DNA from: an uncultured archaeon
GTDB lineage: Archaea; Asgardarchaeota; Jordiarchaeia; Jordiarchaeales; Jordiarchaeaceae
Reading direction: 5' to 3'
DNA: 64,000 bases
Assembly (NCBI GenBank): GCA_964510585.1
Contig: CAZECW010000193.1
Coordinates: forward strand, 1,248-65,247
Below, in pieces: positions 58,920 to 64,000 of this stretch (position 1 is the stretch's first letter; each line of letters starts with the position of its first letter). The notes beneath the pieces were generated by a model. It saw only the letters and a program-made list of their open reading frames with translations. It had not been told where the DNA came from and did not search any database. A program made the translations under genes and the position numbers.

Positions 58920-60674
58920 ATGATAAGCGACATTAACTTACTGTATCCCATAATAATCCCAATTGGGACCGCGTTACTGGTACTAGGAGCTGGCTCCCTA
59001 TTCGAAAAAGTGGCGGGAGGCAGACTCCAGAGAATTAGAGAAGCACTGGCAACTTTAGGCTTCGCGGCTACGGCAGTGGTTATTTATCAGCTGTACTGGG
59101 ATCTTACTGTTCTGAAACTAGTATCTGACTTCTCACTCCTAGTTTGGGGCGTCTATATTACGCCCACGTTCTACTTTGAGTACATGCCTGGCGGCTTTGC
59201 ATTAAATATGTTCATAAATCTGTTGTTGGGCGGCGCGGGTCCGTTGTCACTGGTCACAGCACCGCCTACGGGCTCTGTGTTCGCAGTAGACTTTCTAAGC
59301 ATGCTTATGGCGGCGGCCTTCACCGGTCTGGGGCTACTGGTATGCATCTACTCCATAAACTATATGGAGCACGATACAGGAAAGACCAAGTATTATGCAG
59401 CGCTACTAGTGCTGGTGGGTTCTCTTAACGGAATAGTTTTTGCAGGTGACCTGTTCACACTATTCGTGTTCTTTGAAATGATGAGCATCACCGCCTTTGT
59501 CTTGGTGGGATTCAGAAAAGAAAAGTGGGAACCGGTAGAGGCGGGTTTCAAGTATCTAGTAATGGTGGCAGTTGGGAGCACTTTGATTCTCTACGCTAGC
59601 TCATTCATATATGGATACACTGGCACGCTAAACTTCGCCTACGTTGGAACCCTTATGAACGCTTTGGATCAGCTTCAATTGTACACTGGCAGACCTCTAT
59701 TCTACCTGATAGTTGCATTTTTGATTGCGGGTTTCGGTGTTGAGTCTGCTATTGTGCCGTTCCACTTCTGGCTTCCTGACGCGCATCCGGCGGCTCCTAG
59801 CGGCATGAGTGCTATGCTGTCGGGTGTGGTGATCGCTTCTGGTGTGTATGCTTTGATTCGAAGCTTGACTGTGATGTTCCCAATTCAGTCCACACCATTC
59901 CCATATCTATGGTTCACGTTCTCCACAACTCCCTATAGTTACCCGTATGGTTTCCCATCCTTCCCCTATCCTTTTGACTGGAACTACGCACTAGTTGTAC
60001 TGTCTATAATTACTATGGTTGTAGCTAACATCATGGCTCTCCTACAAAAGGACATTAAGCGTCTGTTAGCTTATAGCAGTATTCTAAACATCGGCTACAT
60101 ATTAATCGGCTTATCCACTGGGACCCTTCTGGGATTCACCGCTTCGTGGTTCCACGTAGTTAACCATGCTATGATGAAGGGACTCCTGTTCTTGTGCGCG
60201 GGAGCTTACCTGCATGCTACGGGGTCTCGAATGCTAGATGACCTGTCTGGTATTGGACGGAAGATGCCCGCTACAAGCATTGCTTTAGCTATTGGCTCTT
60301 TGGGGCTTATTGGTTTACCACCGTTCAATGGCTTCTGGTCTAAGCTGTTGTTGATTCTTGCACCGGTTCAGCTTGCCCCCTTCACCCTGAATGGTGCGGT
60401 CTGGATTACTCTGGCTCTGGTGGCAGTATTGGCTAGTGGCTTCTCAGCCATATATTACTTGAGGCTGATTCAGATTATATGGTTTGGTAAGGAGTCTGCA
60501 AAGGTCAAGGAGCTGGAGAAGTCGAGAACTCCACTTTGGATGCTTGTGGCTATTGTGCTACTGGCTGTGGGCTGCGTGGTTTTCGGCTTATTCCCAGGTG
60601 TGCTTTATGCTATATCAAATAGGGCGGCTGAGGCTCTATTCTACTTGCCAGCGTACTTTGGCGGAATCCTCTAA
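58920..60674 (+). CDS. nuoN: NADH-quinone oxidoreductase subunit N
   Basis: …FVFFEMMSITAFVLVG…, …HFWLPDAHPAAPSGMSAML…, …VVNHAMMKGLLFLCAG… Overlaps the nuoM stop by 1 nt. Confidence 0.8.
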   Translation: MISDINLLYPIIIPIGTALLVLGAGSLFEKVAGGRLQRIREALATLGFAATAVVIYQLYWDLTVLKLVSDFSLLVWGVYITPTFYFEYMPGGFALNMFINLLLGGAGPLSLVTAPPTGSVFAVDFLSMLMAAAFTGLGLLVCIYSINYMEHDTGKTKYYAALLVLVGSLNGIVFAGDLFTLFVFFEMMSITAFVLVGFRKEKWEPVEAGFKYLVMVAVGSTLILYASSFIYGYTGTLNFAYVGTLMNALDQLQLYTGRPLFYLIVAFLIAGFGVESAIVPFHFWLPDAHPAAPSGMSAMLSGVVIASGVYALIRSLTVMFPIQSTPFPYLWFTFSTTPYSYPYGFPSFPYPFDWNYALVVLSIITMVVANIMALLQKDIKRLLAYSSILNIGYILIGLSTGTLLGFTASWFHVVNHAMMKGLLFLCAGAYLHATGSRMLDDLSGIGRKMPATSIALAIGSLGLIGLPPFNGFWSKLLLILAPVQLAPFTLNGAVWITLALVAVLASGFSAIYYLRLIQIIWFGKESAKVKELEKSRTPLWMLVAIVLLAVGCVVFGLFPGVLYAISNRAAEALFYLPAYFGGIL

Positions 60675-60856
60675 ATCTAATTCAATACCTTTTTTATTTT
60701 TTTTGGGAAAAATTGTCCTCGTCTTCTAGCCCTTTTTTGAGTTTTTGCTTCTTGGTGAATCTTTTCGAGACCATGTTCTTAGGGTAGTATGAGCCTTGAT
60801 TTTTTGGAAAAGATTTAATTGTTTATTCTATGATAGATGTTTCTGAGGGCTGATGT

Positions 60857-61306
60857 ATGAGTCTAGGAAGAGATAGGAAGGATTCTAGGAGATATAGTGT
60901 TGGGAATATTGGTAAATGGTTGGCCGTCGGTTCCGAGCTTCCTGTTATGATATTGGCCGGTGTTTTTATTGGATATTATGTTGGGGAACAGTTCGGTCCT
61001 CCCTTTTCTACTTATTCACTTATACTTGGTGCTGCCTTTGGCTTTCTAGTCGGAACTTATAATATAATTAAGATTGTTAAAATTTGGGAGAAGAGAGAGA
61101 TTTCCGAGAGAATTGATGGGAAAAAGCAAATTCGTACACCTCCTCCCTCAAAGGAATCAATGATAGTTAACAAAACAAGTACTGAAAAGGATTCTGAACT
61201 TTCTGATGATGAAAAATTTGAGAGGGTTTTAAGACTTCTGAAACTTCAAGCTGATCTGCTGGGTGAAAAGTCTTCTCCTGAAAATAATTCGAAATTTGAG
61301 GAATAG
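60857..61306 (+). CDS. AtpZ/AtpI-like small membrane protein (ATP-synthase gene-1 family), with a charged C-terminal tail
   Basis: Two TM helices: …WLAVGSELPVMILAGVFIGYYVGEQFGPPFSTYSLILGAAFGFLVGTYNIIKIV… Position immediately upstream of atpC. Confidence 0.4.
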   Translation: MSLGRDRKDSRRYSVGNIGKWLAVGSELPVMILAGVFIGYYVGEQFGPPFSTYSLILGAAFGFLVGTYNIIKIVKIWEKREISERIDGKKQIRTPPPSKESMIVNKTSTEKDSELSDDEKFERVLRLLKLQADLLGEKSSPENNSKFEE

Positions 61307-61369
61307 TTTTTATATGGGTAATTATCATAGTTGTCCCTGTCTCAAAAAGCGTCATTGGCGGGGTAGCTT

Positions 61370-62434
61370 ATGAGTGTTCTAACGGCTTCACAATATGCAC
61401 AAATTAACGCAAAGGTAAGAGCTCTTAAATCTAAAATGTTAACTGTAGGGGACTACGAGAGGCTGGTGCAAGCCAATAATATTGACGATGTAATACGTCT
61501 CCTAAGCACAACACCCTACGGTGAGAAAATCGCTCAGGTTGATCTGAGGCCTCCTTTTGACCTAGATTCCCTAGATAAAATTCTCAACGAAGATCTGATT
61601 AAGAGTTTTGACCTATTAATAGGGGCTGCCTCGGGGGCAGCAAAACATTACTTGAAGCTTTATAAAGAAAAGTTCTACTTTGACAATCTTAAAGTGGTAC
61701 TCAACGCTGTGCATAATAAAATACCTAAACAAAAAGCTATGCAGTATATTCTCTCCCTATCCCCCGAGGAGGATGAATCGCTTAAAACTCTTTTAGACTC
61801 GCAAAATCTATATCAAGTTGTTGACCAAGTAAGGAACAGGAAAGCTAAAGAGGCATTAACTGCGGCTCTTCCACAGTTTGACAATATTAAAGTGCCCATA
61901 GTTCTTGAAAACGCACTAGACGCTAAGATATTTGGAGAGCTATGGAGAAATATTAGTAGACTGTCGCAATCAGATAGAATTAACATAAAACCAATAATAG
62001 GAACAAAAATCGATGTTATAAATATTTTAACTATTATGAGGTGTAAATTTCTAAAGCTTCGTCCAGAAATAATAGATCAACTAATTCTACCAGTTTTTTA
62101 CAAGGCTGAGCAGGCTATCAGAGAATCAATTGGAGCACAAAACCTGGAAGCTGTACTAAATATCCTATCTTTATCTGACCACCGATACTTAGCCTACAGA
62201 GCAAGAGAAGCATATGAACATGAGAAATCCATTTTCAGTATTGAACACGCTTTGAATGAGTACTACATTCAGATAGTCTACTCAACATTAATTGGATTCC
62301 CGTTTCACATAGGTGTTCCCATATCTTATCTTGAGCTTAAAGGCCAAGAAATCCGAAACATTAAAATAATAATTGTCGGGAAAGTAGAGGCGGTAGAACC
62401 AAGCAAAATACGCGACTTACTAATAATCTTCTGA
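61370..62434 (+). CDS. atpC: A/V-type ATP synthase subunit C (V0 d-like)
   Basis: 354 aa; conserved d-subunit architecture (…YLKLYKEKFYFDNLKVVLNAV…IIGTKIDVINILTIMRCK…). Confidence 0.8.
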   Translation: MSVLTASQYAQINAKVRALKSKMLTVGDYERLVQANNIDDVIRLLSTTPYGEKIAQVDLRPPFDLDSLDKILNEDLIKSFDLLIGAASGAAKHYLKLYKEKFYFDNLKVVLNAVHNKIPKQKAMQYILSLSPEEDESLKTLLDSQNLYQVVDQVRNRKAKEALTAALPQFDNIKVPIVLENALDAKIFGELWRNISRLSQSDRINIKPIIGTKIDVINILTIMRCKFLKLRPEIIDQLILPVFYKAEQAIRESIGAQNLEAVLNILSLSDHRYLAYRAREAYEHEKSIFSIEHALNEYYIQIVYSTLIGFPFHIGVPISYLELKGQEIRNIKIIIVGKVEAVEPSKIRDLLIIF

Positions 62435-62440
62435 AATGAG

Positions 62441-62767
62441 GTGAAAAAAATGAACAAAAAAATCATATTTCTTCAATTGGCGATAGCACTAGTACTCATA
62501 ATTACAGTTTACACAACGTTCGTAGTTGCACAAACCTTCGACTTCACTCCCTTTGCTAAATCCACGGTAGGTGCAGGAGCAGGTATGGCTGTGGGTTTGG
62601 CGGGCCTCGGAGCTGGTGTGGGCATGGGTACCGCTTCGGCGGCGGCAATTGGAGCTATAAGCGAAAAGCCAGAGATGTTTGGTAGAACTATCATCTACAT
62701 TGTTCTAATTGAAGCTATTGCAATTTATGGACTGGTTATTAGCTTCTTGTTGTTGGGTTACCTGTAA
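62441..62767 (+). CDS. atpK: A/V-type ATP synthase subunit K (proteolipid c), with an extra N-terminal helix
   Basis: Gly-rich helix GAGAGMAVGLAGLGAGVGMGTASAAAIGA. Conserved Glu in IVLIEAIAIYGLV. Confidence 0.8.
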   Translation: MKKMNKKIIFLQLAIALVLIITVYTTFVVAQTFDFTPFAKSTVGAGAGMAVGLAGLGAGVGMGTASAAAIGAISEKPEMFGRTIIYIVLIEAIAIYGLVISFLLLGYL

Positions 62768-63134
62768 GAATTTTCAAGAAATATTATTACAAATTTTTTT
62801 AATCTTTTTCCTAAAATTCTACAAAAACCTGCGTTAGGCACATTTCTTGGGATTCTGTCCGCCCATCTATTTAGCTCTAGTAAGTTGAGTGTGTTAAATC
62901 TAACTCCGAACGTTAGGCCGAGAAACTTATTATGGTTACAAGGATCTCACATTTCACTGTTTCTCATTGCTATGTAAAAATTGGAGGTGCCGCATTTTCA
63001 TTTTCCCAAGCATTGTATAGATCATTAGTTCTCTTTGTTTCTTCATAACAGTTTCAAAATAAGTGGACTTAAAATAGTCGAGCCAAGTCGGAGGCTGCAA
63101 AAGGGTCGAAAAATAAGATGTTGCGAAAAATTTT

Positions 63135-63818
63135 TTAGAAGATAACTTTTGCTACTTTTACCCTCAATTCTTTGATGTTTCGCTCCATTATTGATTCAAA
63201 GGTGTTATCAATGAAGATGCTTCTATCTTTCTTTCTTACTAGGCATCCGCCGATGGCATCTATTGTTTCTTTTGACACTATTATACTAGTTGGATTTTTG
63301 GTTTCTGATCGCACTTTTTCTGCTATGGATGAGATATCCTTCAGGTGTTTTTCATGCCCCTTTGGCACTAGTACCTCTAATTCTCCTCCCCCAATTCCTA
63401 TCGCTGCTTTTTGAATTAGCCTTTCTAGAATACCCTTATATTCTGACGAGGCCGTTAACTCCTTCAGTTTTTCGTTGGCTTTCTGAAATGCTTGTTCGAT
63501 TAGTTGTTCTCGCGCTTGTGTTTTCCTTTGTCTTGCTCTGAGTTTTGCTTCTGCTAATTTTCTTCTTTTGTATCTTTCTGCCTCTTCCAATCCTCTCCTG
63601 ACTATTTCATCTGCTCTCTTTTCTGCTTTGGATATAGCTTCTTCCTCGATTTCTTTTGCTCTAATTTTTGCTTTTTCTATTATCTGTTTTGCTCTTTCTT
63701 CTGCGTCTTTTTCGATTTTACTTTTTATTTTCTTAAGTCTTTCCGACTCTGGCTCCTCTTCGCCCTCTACTATACCTTCTTTGATAACTTCTTCTTCTAC
63801 TGTGTTCATTTTAATCAT
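63135..63818 (-). CDS. atpE: A/V-type ATP synthase subunit E
   Basis: Charged coiled-coil N-terminus (…KIKSKIEKDAEERAKQIIEKAKIRAKEIEEEA…) plus a globular C-terminus (…ELEVLVPKGHEKHLKDI…GGCLVRKKDRSI…). Confidence 0.8.
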   Translation of the reverse strand: MIKMNTVEEEVIKEGIVEGEEEPESERLKKIKSKIEKDAEERAKQIIEKAKIRAKEIEEEAISKAEKRADEIVRRGLEEAERYKRRKLAEAKLRARQRKTQAREQLIEQAFQKANEKLKELTASSEYKGILERLIQKAAIGIGGGELEVLVPKGHEKHLKDISSIAEKVRSETKNPTSIIVSKETIDAIGGCLVRKKDRSIFIDNTFESIMERNIKELRVKVAKVIF

Positions 63819-64000
63819 CCCCCAACTATTGATTCTACGATTACCTTAACTGCTTCATCGACTTTTTTCGAACCTTCAGAAATTATTTTTTCTACTTCTT
63901 TTTCTACTTCGCCTTTTATTCTACTGATTTCTTCTTCGACTTCCTTTTCTACTTGCTTCATTATTTCTTGAACTCTCTTTTCAGCAGCGCTAACTTTTTC
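63815..64000 (-). CDS. atpH: A/V-type ATP synthase subunit H (partial; N-terminus beyond the right window edge)
   Basis: Manual translation gives …EKVSAAEKRVQEIMKQVEKEVEEEISRIKGEVEKEVEKIISEGSKKVDEAVKVIVESIVGG*. Its stop TGA overlaps the atpE ATG (ATGA). Not in the ORF track because it is edge-truncated. Confidence 0.55.
   Translation of the reverse strand, partial: EKVSAAEKRVQEIMKQVEKEVEEEISRIKGEVEKEVEKIISEGSKKVDEAVKVIVESIVGG

Overview
Archaeal-looking chromosomal segment of roughly 40% GC with dense coding on both strands. Evidence for an archaeal origin: an A/V-type ATPase gene set (atpH/E on the minus strand, atpZ-like/C/K on the plus strand), a fused archaeal-type ThrRS with an N-terminal editing domain, and an 11-subunit Nuo/Fpo-like complex I without nuoEFG. 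Main blocks along the window: (i) a short-chain acyl-CoA / beta-oxidation-like neighbourhood at about 3-13 kb and 22-32 kb (MaoC dehydratase, SDR, acetoacetyl-CoA synthetase, CoA-transferase A/B, crotonase, thiolase, acyl-CoA dehydrogenase with an unannotated ferredoxin, ADP-forming acyl-CoA synthetase); (ii) three tandem MFS transporter paralogues (16.3-20.6 kb); (iii) purN, a GlcD/GlcF-like FAD/Fe-S oxidase pair, nadK and an FKBP PPIase (24-31 kb); (iv) a Rab/Ras-like small GTPase flanked by a roadblock(MglB-like)-wHTH protein, a longin/roadblock-like protein and a helical protein (32.6-36.1 kb), which I rate the most interesting system in the window; (v) lplA, a frameshifted radical-SAM/HhH gene, a nitroreductase and a MoxR-vWA pair (36.8-42.2 kb); (vi) a truncated MFS gene abutting a ~1.7 kb GC-rich, ORF-poor segment (43.3-45.0 kb); (vii) nuoABCDHI on the minus strand, then gcvH-like, a second lplA and a selenocysteine (TGA)-containing selD on the plus strand, then nuoJ1-J2-K-L-M-N on the plus strand (45-60.7 kb); (viii) A-type ATPase genes at the right edge. 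The selD gene has an in-frame TGA at the canonical Sec position, no canonical start codon, and a 30-bp perfect-palindrome insertion carrying a TAA. It is followed immediately by an AUGA-helix-AAAA-helix-GA structure resembling a eukaryote-type SECIS. The GTPase/roadblock/longin cluster, the Sec-SelD and the SECIS-like element together are suggestive of an Asgard-like lineage, but I cannot establish that from sequence alone. No rRNA, CRISPR array or transposase gene was recognised. I did not search the intergenic regions for tRNA genes, which cannot be done reliably by eye. ORFs truncated at the window edges are absent from the ORF track and were found by manual translation.
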